Shown: positions 18,173-29,364 of the stretch, piece by piece
Position numbering within the stretch: the first letter of the stretch is position 1
How the letters are laid out: each line of letters opens with the position of its first letter
From: Candidatus Sulfotelmatobacter sp.
GTDB taxonomy: Bacteria > Acidobacteriota > Terriglobia > Terriglobales > Acidobacteriaceae
Assembly: GCA_035309485.1 (NCBI GenBank)
Contig: DATGFC010000041.1
Coordinates: forward strand, 5,426 to 69,425
Direction: 5' to 3'
DNA: 64,000 nucleotides
Position numbers and translations under genes: made by a program
Notes under the pieces: generated by a model
Told to the model about the DNA's origin: nothing
The model's input: only the letters and a program-made list of their open reading frames with translations
Database searches by the model: none

Positions 18173-20115
18173 CCGCTCTTATGACCTGGATCTCCCCAAG
18201 CACGATGCACGCTTTGGGATGGGCTCTGTTGCACTTCCTGTGGCAGGGAACAGCGCTGGCCGCGCTGGCGGCAGCCGGCATGGCAATTTGCCGCCGCACT
18301 TCGGTGCGCTACATCGTCGGAGTGGCGACGCTGGCGCTCATGCTGATCGCTCCGGTGGCGACATTTGTTTTTTATTCGGAGCAACACTCTGCAATCGTCG
18401 AAACTGCGGATTCGCCACGGCTCGCGGCAGCTACCCGGCCGGTGAAGGCCGGAGACAAGGGTTTGACGCGCATTTCAAGCGCAGCAACCTCGCTCGATGC
18501 TATCCCGTGGCTGGTCGAAGCCTGGCTTCTGGGGGTGGCCTTCTTCAGCTTGCGGTCGGCGGGCGGATTCTTCTTGTTGGAGCGCGAGCGGCGCAGGCAA
18601 TCGTCCATTGTGAGCGCAAACGTGCTCGAGATCTGCTACACGCTGCAGGACCGGCTTGGGATCGATCGCGCAATTCAGTATTGCGAATGCAAGTGGCTGC
18701 AAGCGCCCGCGGTGATTGGCTGGTTTCATCCCATCGTGTTTTTGCCGGTTTCAGCTTTGACGGGCCTGTCTGAAGATCAATTGCAGGCGGTGATCGCCCA
18801 CGAACTGGCTCATATCCGACGCTTCGACCCGTTTGTGAATGTGTTCCAGGTCGCGGTGGAGACTCTGCTTTTTTACCATCCCGCAGTCTGGTGGCTGAAC
18901 AAACGCGTTCGCGCGGAGCGCGAGCACTGCTGCGACGAGACTGCAGTTGCGGTATGCGGCAATGCCGTGGAATACGCGCGCGCGCTGACGCTGATGGAAG
19001 AATGGCGCAGCGCGCCTGTGTTCGCGATGGCGGCCAATCGGGGACCTCTCACAGAACGCATCGTCCGCGTGCTTGGACTCAAGACGCTGGGTACCGGAAT
19101 CCGCAGCGTCGGCCTGACGGGAAGTCTACTGTGCCTGACCGCAGCGCTGGCTGCGGGAAATGCCCTGTTGGGTATGACGCACCCACGTCTGGCCCGGGCC
19201 AGTTCCCTCATGCAAGCCACGCCCAAGGCGGAGAACACACAGGAGCCAGTCGCAAAGCCCGCAATCACCGCGAAGCCTTCCGCTGCGCAGACTGCTAGTC
19301 CAGCGCCAAGCGCCAACCCGGCGCCCTCAGGCTCTTCTTACATCGAGGCGATGAAAGCTGCCGGACTGGCGAACCCGAGCATCGACGAGTTGATCGCTCT
19401 GAAGACTCAGGGCGTCACGCCGGAGTATGTGCGCGAGATGCACGATCTGGGATTGCATCCGGAGGCCGATGGACTGGTGGGACTCAAGGTCCAGGGCGTC
19501 ACGCCGGAATACATCAAGGGACTGCGCGCTCTTGGCTTCAACCCTGATGAGGATCAGATCATAGGCATGAAGGTGCAAGGCGTCACCGCGGATTACGTGA
19601 AGGGACTGAAAGAGGTCGGCATCCAGGCTGATGCCGATGACATTGTAGGTCTGAAGGTACAGGGAGTGACTCCCGAATACGTACGTGAAATGCGCGCTGC
19701 CGGGCTGAAGGTTGGCGCAGACGATGTGGTCGGCCTAAAGGTGCAGGGCGTGACTCCGGCTTACGTCCAAGGCCTGCGGGCGCAGGGTTTCGAAGTGAAC
19801 TCAGACGACGTGGTAGGAATGAAAGTGCAAGGCGTCACGCCGGAATACATTCGCGATATTCGCGCGCTGGGCTTCCATCCCAGTGCGGACGAGATTGTTG
19901 GCATGAAAGTACAAGGCGTGACTCCGGGGTTCATCAAAGCGCTGCAAGCGGCGGGATTTAAGCCGAGCATCGACGACATCGTCGGAGCGAAGGTGCAGGG
20001 AATCACTCCGGAATTCATCGAGGAAGCACGCAAGCACGGCTTCCAGAATTTGACCATTGAAAAGCTGATCGAACTGAAACACCTTTGGATCCTGGAGAAT
20101 AAAGCCGAACTGTAG
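18169..20115 (+). CDS. BlaR1/MecR1-type M56 peptidase signal transducer with a C-terminal 28-aa tandem-repeat domain
   Basis: N-terminal transmembrane helices, the HELAHIRRFD zinc-protease motif and a 4-nt overlap with the repressor gene. The C-terminal 260 aa are tandem repeats rather than a penicillin-binding domain. Confidence 0.88.
   Translation: MTALMTWISPSTMHALGWALLHFLWQGTALAALAAAGMAICRRTSVRYIVGVATLALMLIAPVATFVFYSEQHSAIVETADSPRLAAATRPVKAGDKGLTRISSAATSLDAIPWLVEAWLLGVAFFSLRSAGGFFLLERERRRQSSIVSANVLEICYTLQDRLGIDRAIQYCECKWLQAPAVIGWFHPIVFLPVSALTGLSEDQLQAVIAHELAHIRRFDPFVNVFQVAVETLLFYHPAVWWLNKRVRAEREHCCDETAVAVCGNAVEYARALTLMEEWRSAPVFAMAANRGPLTERIVRVLGLKTLGTGIRSVGLTGSLLCLTAALAAGNALLGMTHPRLARASSLMQATPKAENTQEPVAKPAITAKPSAAQTASPAPSANPAPSGSSYIEAMKAAGLANPSIDELIALKTQGVTPEYVREMHDLGLHPEADGLVGLKVQGVTPEYIKGLRALGFNPDEDQIIGMKVQGVTADYVKGLKEVGIQADADDIVGLKVQGVTPEYVREMRAAGLKVGADDVVGLKVQGVTPAYVQGLRAQGFEVNSDDVVGMKVQGVTPEYIRDIRALGFHPSADEIVGMKVQGVTPGFIKALQAAGFKPSIDDIVGAKVQGITPEFIEEARKHGFQNLTIEKLIELKHLWILENKAEL
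19333..20076 (+). repeat. About 9 tandem coding repeats with an 84-bp (28-aa) period
   Basis: QGVTP (or QGVTA/QGITP) recurs eight times at exactly 28-residue spacing, at aa 414, 442, 470, 498, 526, 554, 582 and 610. Confidence 0.9.
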
Positions 20116-20181
20116 CGGGCCAATCATCTGCGCGGCTGGACAGCCGAAGCGGCTGTCGCCACATGAAACAGGAGGGAATTT

Positions 20182-21141
20182 ATGAGGATGCGCCGGACTC
20201 TTGCCTATTTAGTGTTTGCCAGTTGCGTGGTGTTCTTCGTGGTCAAGAACCGCGCTGCCGAAGTGCGCAGCAATGGCGACGTCCGCAGCGGCGATTGGAC
20301 GATCAGCAAATCCGATGAGCCTGGCAAAGTCGAATTCTCGCTGATCGAGCACCATCACGGCGGAAACTAGCAGCACGAGTCGGATTGGCCGGCGAGCGCA
20401 TTTCAGGGTGTGGACTTCTCGAAGGCGGGACGGCAGGACGTGCGCTTCACGATCACCCGCGACGCAGGCAAGATCCAGTGCGAGGGATTTCTCGATAACG
20501 GTGAAGGCGCAGGGATCTTTCACTTTCAGCCCGACGCGAATTATCCGCGCGAGATGAAGTCGTTGGGCTTCGAAGTGGATGACGAGAAGCAGTTCGCCAT
20601 GGCGGTGCAGGATGTGAGCCTCGACTTCGCCAAGCAGCTGAAGAACGAGCACCTCAGCGATCTCGATGCCGACAAACTCATCGCCTTCCGCATCTTCGGC
20701 GTCGATTCAGCTTTCATCGAGGCGCTACGCGCCGAAGGGTTGAAGATTTCCGACAGCGACAAACTGGTGGCGTTCCGCATTCATGGTGTGACTCCGCAGA
20801 TGGTGCGCAGCCTGCATCAGGCGGGCTATTCGCCGGACGAAGACACGCTGGTCGCGATGCGGATTCACGGCGCAACTCCGGAGTGGATGGAACAGTTGAA
20901 GCAGCGCGGCTACGATCACGTCGACCTGGAAAAACTCATCGCGTTTCGCATTCACGGTGTCTCACCGGAATTTATCGACAAGTTGCAGAAACTGGGTTAC
21001 AAGCATCCGGATCCCGATGAGTTGATCGCCATGCGAATTCACGGCGTCACCCCGGAGTACATCAGCGACATGCGTTCACGCGGCATGCGTGATCTCAGCA
21101 TCGATCAGTTGGTGAGCATGAGAATTCACGGGATCGATTGA
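20182..21141 (+). pseudogene. Signal-anchored repeat protein (same 28-29-aa repeat family) interrupted by one in-frame TAG at 20368..20370
   Basis: ORFs 20182..20370 and 20410..21141 are in the same frame, and read-through gives ...SLIEHHHGGN*QHESDWPASAFQGVDFSKAG.... A strong ribosome-binding site (aggaggg) precedes only the ATG at 20182, and there is none before the GTG at 20410. Confidence 0.6.
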
Positions 21142-21193
21142 GAGAAAACCCGGGCAGGCACTGGTCAATCAGAATTCCTTGTCGCAATTGATT

Positions 21194-23047
<1,854 letters not shown>

Positions 23048-23198
23048 AGCTTGTCCTTACAGTGAGAATTTCGATTGCAGTTGAAACCAACGATTATAAA
23101 CGGTTCCAGGTTGTCCTCCCCAGGTCGCTGGCCAAGGCTGGCGATTTCGTTGCCCTTCCGGCTATCCGAACCGGCGGTCGCGCATCTAGTATGAGGAG

Positions 23199-24965
23199 AT
23201 GCCTGCCGCGCTCCCAGAGGTCGAAATCACCGGTCCCGAGGAAGCTCCGCGACTCGTGGTCGAGTTGCCCTCCTGGCCTCGTGTTTTCTTTGGCAATCTG
23301 CGCGATTTGATATTTCCCCGGCGCGCGCCTGCGCTGGAACTGCGATCATCCCCTGCCGAATTCTGGCCTGACGTCTTTGTCCGGCGGCCTCTGCCCTGGG
23401 GTGGATTCATGCAGTCCTGCGCCTATCACATGGTTGCCGGAATTCTGCTGATTGCACTGACACGTTTCTTTGCGATGCAACCCCGGGTCGTGGCCGCGCC
23501 AGCTTTCAATCATTCGGAGGTCGTATATTACAGCCCTTCGGAGTATCTGCCGCCGCTCGATACCTGGGAGCAATCGCCCGAGCGCCCGGTTAAAGCAGAT
23601 CCGGAGTTCTCGCCGCAGCCGATCATCGCAGTGCCCGCCGAGGCCGACAATCGTGAGCAGACAATCGTCACCCCGCCCAAGGTCAAACTAAGGCGCGCTG
23701 TGGCCATGCCAAACATTGTGTCCTGGGCCGACGCGCAGAAGCCGCAGCTTGCCATTCCAGCAGCGCCGCTCACGCCGGCAGCCGAGATCAATCGCGTTGC
23801 TCCACGCCTGGAGAATTCCGTGGTGACGGCTCCGCCAGATGCAGCCCGGCTTGCGATTCGCCGGAATTCTCCGGCGCTCGAAAATTCAGTAGTAGCTCCT
23901 CCACCCGACCTGCGGGCTTCCAATTCTTCAGCGCCCTTTGCCGGACTTCAGCCCGCATTGATCGCGCCGCCACCGCTGGTAACGACTGCCACCGGGCGCC
24001 GGCTGGGTGACGTAAATATCGGCCGGAGCGAGGTCATTGCGCCGGCTCCGCAGCTTCCTGTGGCCGCCCAGCGCAGCGTTCCAGGAGGCAGAGTGAGCGC
24101 GGCAGGACTCGCACCGCAGGTTGTAGCTCCGCCTCCGTCGGTCACGGGTTCCGCAGTACCGGCGTCTGGTTCGCGCGGACGACTGATCGCTCTCAACTTG
24201 CATCCTGTGATCGGCGTGCCCCCGGCTCCTCCCGCGGGCAATCGCCGGGGAACTTTCGCGGCCACTCCCGAGGGCCATGCGGGAGCTTCCGGTGCTCCCG
24301 GTTCTGGAACGGCAGCGCCCGGCAACAGTCATGGGACCGGAAGCACGAAAAAGGGGACAAGCGATCTCCCGTCCGGTCTGTACGTAGGAAGGGCCGCCGT
24401 GAAGACGGCGACCGTGGCAGGTGATCCTGGACGAAGCACCCCCACGGTGAATCCGAATCTGCTTGCCAGTGCCCGTACGCCGCGCGTAACCAGCGCCCGC
24501 ATCATGCAGCCGGATAGCTCGGCCAAGCTCTCAGAGGCGGAGCGCGCCGTCTTTGGCGGCCGCAGGTTCTACTCCCTGAGCCTCAACATGCCCAACCTGA
24601 ATTCGGCTGGCGGCAGCTGGGTGATCCGTTTCGCCGAACTCAATCAGGGCTCAAGCACTCCGGGCGCCCCCGCACCCGATCTATCCCAGCCCATGGCCAC
24701 GCGCAAAGTCGACCCCGCGTACCCATTGCAACTCATGCGCGAGAACGTTCACGGCACCGTGATCTTATATGCGGTGATTCATGCCGATGGAAGCGTCGGC
24801 AACGTGCGAGTCCTGCGAGGGGTTGACGAGCGGCTTGATCGGTTCGCCAGTGAAGCTGTCACGCAATGGAAGTTCGAGCCGGCGACAAAGAATGGCACTC
24901 CGGTAGACGTGGAGGCCACGTTTCAGATTCCATTCAAACCAACGCGAGTAGGAACGAATTTTTAA
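23199..24965 (+). CDS. TonB-family energy transducer-like protein with a long Pro/Ala-rich linker
   Basis: N-terminal transmembrane segment, about 350 aa of proline-rich low complexity, and a C-terminal TonB domain (DPAYPLQLMRENVHGTVILYAVIHADGSVGNVRVLRG...ATFQIPF). Confidence 0.8.
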   Translation: MPAALPEVEITGPEEAPRLVVELPSWPRVFFGNLRDLIFPRRAPALELRSSPAEFWPDVFVRRPLPWGGFMQSCAYHMVAGILLIALTRFFAMQPRVVAAPAFNHSEVVYYSPSEYLPPLDTWEQSPERPVKADPEFSPQPIIAVPAEADNREQTIVTPPKVKLRRAVAMPNIVSWADAQKPQLAIPAAPLTPAAEINRVAPRLENSVVTAPPDAARLAIRRNSPALENSVVAPPPDLRASNSSAPFAGLQPALIAPPPLVTTATGRRLGDVNIGRSEVIAPAPQLPVAAQRSVPGGRVSAAGLAPQVVAPPPSVTGSAVPASGSRGRLIALNLHPVIGVPPAPPAGNRRGTFAATPEGHAGASGAPGSGTAAPGNSHGTGSTKKGTSDLPSGLYVGRAAVKTATVAGDPGRSTPTVNPNLLASARTPRVTSARIMQPDSSAKLSEAERAVFGGRRFYSLSLNMPNLNSAGGSWVIRFAELNQGSSTPGAPAPDLSQPMATRKVDPAYPLQLMRENVHGTVILYAVIHADGSVGNVRVLRGVDERLDRFASEAVTQWKFEPATKNGTPVDVEATFQIPFKPTRVGTNF

Positions 24966-24973
24966 TCGCAGGA

Positions 24974-27211
24974 TTACTTGCCGGCAGCGCCTTTGCGTTT
25001 TTCCAGTGCCGCATAAATCACCGGATCGGTGCAGACTTCGTAATACGACCGGTCGGTCCATCCCTTGACTGAAAAGTCGCTAATATCAATCCGTGGGATT
25101 CGGCTTTCCCGCACCACGATTGCGCGGAAGATGTCGCGGTCCACCGGAACGACCGCGCTGGACAGGTGGTACTCGCCTTTGTCGGAGGAAGCGATCGATG
25201 CCGGCAAGCGGACTTTCAGCGGTTCGAGCGTAATTTCCTGCTGCAACTTGCGGTAGGCCGCCTCGTTCATCCGGATTCCACCCAGGTTGTAGCTGAGAAT
25301 CACGTCTTCCGGATTGCCGTCCGCGTCGAGTTCCGCGGTTTGAAAAGCGTAAACATGGAACGGGCCAGCCTGCGGCTCCATCATTTTGCGCGCGCGCTTG
25401 TTGCAGGAGGAGAGGCGGTCGCTCTCGTTGAGCGCCTCCGAGATCATGATCTGGTGCTCGCCATCCATCAGGTAAAGCGGCGCGGATTCCTGCAGCGTAA
25501 TCCCCAAGCCCAATTCCAGTTGGGGCATGGACGAGCGCTGCATCAGTGCGTTATACCCCCGCACGATCTCGATGATTTCGCGCGCCAACACAGCCATACG
25601 GCTGACCGACAGCCCCGGCTCGCCCTGCCGCTCAAGAATCGCGAGAATGATCGCATCGCCCTCCAGGAAGACCTTCTGCGCCCCGTATTTCTCCAGCAGT
25701 TTGTTCACCGGATCGTAAAAATTCAGGCTGAAGTACGACGCAGGATTGAGCCCCTGCTCCATCATCTTGCGCGTTAGGCGGGTCGAATCGCGGACATCAG
25801 CCTTCAGGACCACGTGACGCAGCACCCGCTCCGAGTCAGTCTTCCCTTGCTCTTCGGCGAGCAAAAATTCGTAGAGCGTGCCGTTCACCCGCGACAACTC
25901 CTGCAGCCTCTCATTGCCGACCAGGTTGACTGAATCCAGCGCCGCGTTGAGAACCTCGAGCCGGCGCAAGTCACGGTGATAGTGGAAAAAGTCCGCCAGG
26001 AAGCGGGCCGCGACCTTCGCCCGCTCGGCTCCGCGGCAACTCGCGACTTTCGCCACGCCCGCATAGAGGCTGTTGGGCGACAACCGGCCGTGCTCCTGGA
26101 TCATGCGCTCCACGCGGTCGCACTCGGTACGGTCGACCAAGGCGTTTTTCAATTGCTGCGGATTAATACGCGGGGCGTACTCGCTCAGCAACGGCACCAC
26201 ATGATACGACGCAATCACGTTCTCCATGACGCGCTCGTCTTCCAGCAGGCGCACCCATGCGGCCAAGCGTTCCTGCTGCGCCATGCCTTGCGGAGAATCT
26301 TCCGGCGTTCCGGTCCCGACCAACTCGCGCGCATTATCGGGAACGTTCATCCACGAGTCGATGGCCTCGGCGCTGATTTCTTCCCCATACACAGAACGCA
26401 GGAATCCGGAGGCAATCTCGCGCATGCGCCCGTAGCGGTCGGGGTCGCGATCCCAATTGCCAAGCATTACGTAATGCTCGGCGCACAGGTAGTCGTCGCG
26501 GCCGTCTTCGGAAAACAGCAGTCGGTTCATGAACAGCGGATAGGTGAAGTACGCGCCGCCGCTGGTTTCCTCTCCGAACAGAGAGCGCCGCGTCCGGCCG
26601 AGCGTGCTCTTCTCGACTTCGCGGAGCGTCTCAAAAATATCCTGCCCGGTTTTGCGCAGAATGATCTTCTTCCGCACCTGGAAGGTCGCCAGCCGCTCGC
26701 GTTGTTCATGCGCCCGTTGCTGGCGGGCACTGTCGTAGCTTTTGAGCAGCACTCGGCAACGTTCCACCAGTTGCGCAAACTGCTGGTTCATTTCCGTCCG
26801 CAGGAACTTGGTCACTGCCAGCCGCGCCAGCAGATCCACGGAAAGCTTGTGTTCTTTCTTGGCGCGATTTAGCGATGCGACCTGCAATTCGCTCAGAGCC
26901 GTCTTCCAGGCCGCCGGATCCTGCTTGGGACGCGCCCCTTTGGCCTGACTTCTGATCCATGCGGGCGCTTGTGCGTGCTGGGGCGATTCGGCGCCGACCA
27001 GATCCTCGAGTTCTCCGTGCCGCGCAATCAGCCGCATCACTTGCGCGCGGGTCAACTCGACAAAACGGGGGCTCAGCACCACGTCGTGGCGCAGATTATC
27101 AACGCCGACTGCAATGCCTTCGAGCGAGACGAAGGGCGTCGACGCGGCCAGGTTCGGAAGCGCCGGTTTTTCCGGCGCTCCGCCCAGGCGAAAAATAGGG
27201 ATTCTCGGCAT
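24974..27211 (-). CDS. Large hypothetical protein with a divergent class III nucleotidyl cyclase-like domain
   Basis: 745 aa. Around aa 480-610, the segment VVLKADVRDSTRLTRKM...FLEGDAIILAI...LGLGITLQESAPLYLMDGEHQIMISEALNESDRL aligns by eye with the cyclase homology domain (FxDIxGFT...GDA...GxxxG...VNxAxR). Confidence 0.55.
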   Translation of the reverse strand: MPRIPIFRLGGAPEKPALPNLAASTPFVSLEGIAVGVDNLRHDVVLSPRFVELTRAQVMRLIARHGELEDLVGAESPQHAQAPAWIRSQAKGARPKQDPAAWKTALSELQVASLNRAKKEHKLSVDLLARLAVTKFLRTEMNQQFAQLVERCRVLLKSYDSARQQRAHEQRERLATFQVRKKIILRKTGQDIFETLREVEKSTLGRTRRSLFGEETSGGAYFTYPLFMNRLLFSEDGRDDYLCAEHYVMLGNWDRDPDRYGRMREIASGFLRSVYGEEISAEAIDSWMNVPDNARELVGTGTPEDSPQGMAQQERLAAWVRLLEDERVMENVIASYHVVPLLSEYAPRINPQQLKNALVDRTECDRVERMIQEHGRLSPNSLYAGVAKVASCRGAERAKVAARFLADFFHYHRDLRRLEVLNAALDSVNLVGNERLQELSRVNGTLYEFLLAEEQGKTDSERVLRHVVLKADVRDSTRLTRKMMEQGLNPASYFSLNFYDPVNKLLEKYGAQKVFLEGDAIILAILERQGEPGLSVSRMAVLAREIIEIVRGYNALMQRSSMPQLELGLGITLQESAPLYLMDGEHQIMISEALNESDRLSSCNKRARKMMEPQAGPFHVYAFQTAELDADGNPEDVILSYNLGGIRMNEAAYRKLQQEITLEPLKVRLPASIASSDKGEYHLSSAVVPVDRDIFRAIVVRESRIPRIDISDFSVKGWTDRSYYEVCTDPVIYAALEKRKGAAGK

Positions 27212-27434
27212 CCTCGGAAAGAATTCTCTCGGAAGTCGCTGATTTCAAAAGTACATTTGAGGCTAGCACGGGCCGTGCACCGGCTAAAGTTACCTAGGTT
27301 ATGGGTGCTTTAACTCGTCTGAAATCAAAGTGGAAGATGAGCCGCCATCTGCTCGCCGAGGAGTTTTCTGGCGCACGCGAAGCAGCGATCGCCCTCCAGA
27401 GCGATACGGGATGAAGGCTGGATTAGAGAAGAGA

Positions 27435-29132
27435 CTACTGCTGACTTTTCACCCGCGCCGCCTCAAACTCATCGCCACGTTGCCAGCCCACCAGTTTGGG
27501 CATGCTCGCTGCTTCCCATCCCAAGGCGAATCCAAATCGCGCCATGGCTGAGTCGCCTACAAAATCCATTTCGGGATGATATTCGTCGCTGGGCTGGTGA
27601 TAGTGCTTCTCGACGTACTCCTTTTCCTGATCGAGCCCCCACGACTCTGGATGTCCTCTAAACTTCATCCCTTCGTTGATCGAAAACGAGGGAATCCCAA
27701 CCCGCGCCAGGCTGAAATGATCGGAGCGGTAGAAGTGTCCCGCCTCGGGCCGGACATCTGGCCGGATGGCCAGCCGAAACTCCTTCGCCGTGGCCTGAAC
27801 AAGCGGATAGAAACTGGTTCGCTCCGCGCCCGAAACCTCTACGTCCTCCGGTGCGCCCAGGGGTTTTACATCGTCGTAATTCAAGTCCAGGGAAATCTTG
27901 CCGGCCGGGATCGGCGGATGCTTGGCAAGGTACTCCGAGCCGAGCAGTCCCTGCTCTTCCGCCGTTACAGCCGCAAACAGGATCGATCGCCGCGGCCGCC
28001 CCAACGCGGTTCCGAAGGCGCGAGCCAGTTCCAGAAGAATGCCGCATCCCGTCGCGTTGTCGTCCGCTCCGTTGAAAATGTTGTCGCCGGGCATATCCGC
28101 CCGGATGCCGAAGTGATCGTAATGCGCGGTGTACAGAATGGCTTCGTCTGCCAGCTTGCGGTCGGACCCAGGCAGAATACCCAGGACATTATTCGATTCG
28201 AAGTTCCGGATCTTGCTCACCATGTGCGCCTGCAGCCGCGCCCCCAGGTTCACCGGATGGAAATCGTGGGACTGCGCCGCCTGCATCAACTTTTCCAGGT
28301 TCATCCCTGACGCGGTCACGAGCCTGGTCGCAACGTCGAACTGAATCCACGAGGCTACTTTCAAGGCCGGGCCATTTTCCCGCAGGGAAGATTTCTCGCC
28401 GGCGTTCGAGTTCCGCACCACTTCCCAGGAATAACTTGCCATTTGCGCCTGATGAATCAGGATGACGCCCACCGCTCCCCTGCGCAGCGCCTCTTCGTAC
28501 TTGTACGTCCATCGCCCGTAATAGGTGAGGGCCTTCCCTTTGAAAAATCTGGGATCGTCGGAGGACGGCTCATTCACCAGCATGAGCAGCACTTTGCCCT
28601 TCACGTCCACGCCTTTGTAATCATCCCAGTTATATTCGGGAGCCGAAATTCCGTAACCCACGAACGCGATCTCGGCATCCACATCGGACTGCGCCTGCTG
28701 CGTCTCGTCATACGCCACATACTCATCCAGCGGCTTCAAATTCATTGTCTCGCCGCGCTTGGGTACTAGCGTGAACTGCGTCTCAGGCAGAGTGGTGATG
28801 CCTACCAGTGGCACCTTCTGCATGTAAGTACCGTGATCACCGGCAGGCTTCAGGCCGTATTCGGCAAATTGCGTGGCAATGTATTCGGCCGCGAGTTCGC
28901 CCCCTCGCTGCCCGCTACCGCGGCCCTCCAGCAGATCGTGCGAGAGATAGCGCACGTGCCACCGAATGTGCTCAGGACTGATGGTGTTTAACGCGACGAA
29001 TGCCGGTCCGGGCAGGCGCACGGACGCTCCACCGCCCCCTCCGCTGGCCGCGCCCGACGCGCCGTCAGCCCAAACCGCCACGCTCGTACACAGGATCAGA
29101 CACACCGAAATAATTCTCGCCAATCTGTGCAT
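27435..29132 (-). CDS. M28 family metallopeptidase with PA domain, secreted
   Basis: Signal peptide MHRLARIISVCLILCTSVAVWA (start chosen at 29132). Zinc-ligand motifs HYDHFG, GADDNATGCG and EEQGLLGS are present. Confidence 0.88.
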   Translation of the reverse strand: MHRLARIISVCLILCTSVAVWADGASGAASGGGGGASVRLPGPAFVALNTISPEHIRWHVRYLSHDLLEGRGSGQRGGELAAEYIATQFAEYGLKPAGDHGTYMQKVPLVGITTLPETQFTLVPKRGETMNLKPLDEYVAYDETQQAQSDVDAEIAFVGYGISAPEYNWDDYKGVDVKGKVLLMLVNEPSSDDPRFFKGKALTYYGRWTYKYEEALRRGAVGVILIHQAQMASYSWEVVRNSNAGEKSSLRENGPALKVASWIQFDVATRLVTASGMNLEKLMQAAQSHDFHPVNLGARLQAHMVSKIRNFESNNVLGILPGSDRKLADEAILYTAHYDHFGIRADMPGDNIFNGADDNATGCGILLELARAFGTALGRPRRSILFAAVTAEEQGLLGSEYLAKHPPIPAGKISLDLNYDDVKPLGAPEDVEVSGAERTSFYPLVQATAKEFRLAIRPDVRPEAGHFYRSDHFSLARVGIPSFSINEGMKFRGHPESWGLDQEKEYVEKHYHQPSDEYHPEMDFVGDSAMARFGFALGWEAASMPKLVGWQRGDEFEAARVKSQQ

Positions 29133-29334
29133 AGTTTCGGTTACTCCCCAACGAAGCGGCGGTCGCTGAAAATCGTTTTTTCGTGAGATCTTACAGAAAT
29201 TGTAAAGGAGGATGGCTCGTGGACTGTACGACTTCGTGTGAGCCCGAGGTGCACGAGAGTGCACCCACCCTTGGAATCAGGCGCCGCAGGGGCTTGTACC
29301 GCTGCCCGATCTCAGGCCGATTACCGGTTGAGGA

Positions 29335-29358
29335 GGCGCCGACCGGCGCCTAGTTTTT
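29335..29358. terminator. GC hairpin (GGCGCC-gacc-GGCGCC) followed by TAGTTTTT on the plus strand, 7 nt beyond the stop of the minus-strand redoxin gene
   Basis: Perfect 6-bp stem. The T-run is on the plus strand and the A-run on the minus strand, so its position fits a terminator for the mutY-redoxin unit but the T-tract polarity does not. Confidence 0.35.
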
Positions 29359-29364
29359 GGACCC

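Noticed and set aside
20368-20370. The in-frame TAG as a pyrrolysine or reassigned codon.
   Set aside because: TAG is used as an ordinary stop by several confident genes in this window (for example malQ at 4888..4890 and GH13 at 8496..8498). There are no pyl genes or methylamine methyltransferases in view.
24974-27211. The cyclase-like protein as a Pycsar/CBASS-type anti-phage signalling system.
   Set aside because: No effector gene (TIR, transmembrane, nuclease or phospholipase) is adjacent or co-oriented. The neighbours are a TonB-like gene and an M28 peptidase on separate transcription units.
27347-27424. 25-codon ORF (MSRHLLAEEFSGAREAAIALQSDTG) in the spacer upstream of the 745-aa gene.
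   Set aside because: It has no ribosome-binding site, no recognisable peptide family and no supporting context, and it is too short to call.
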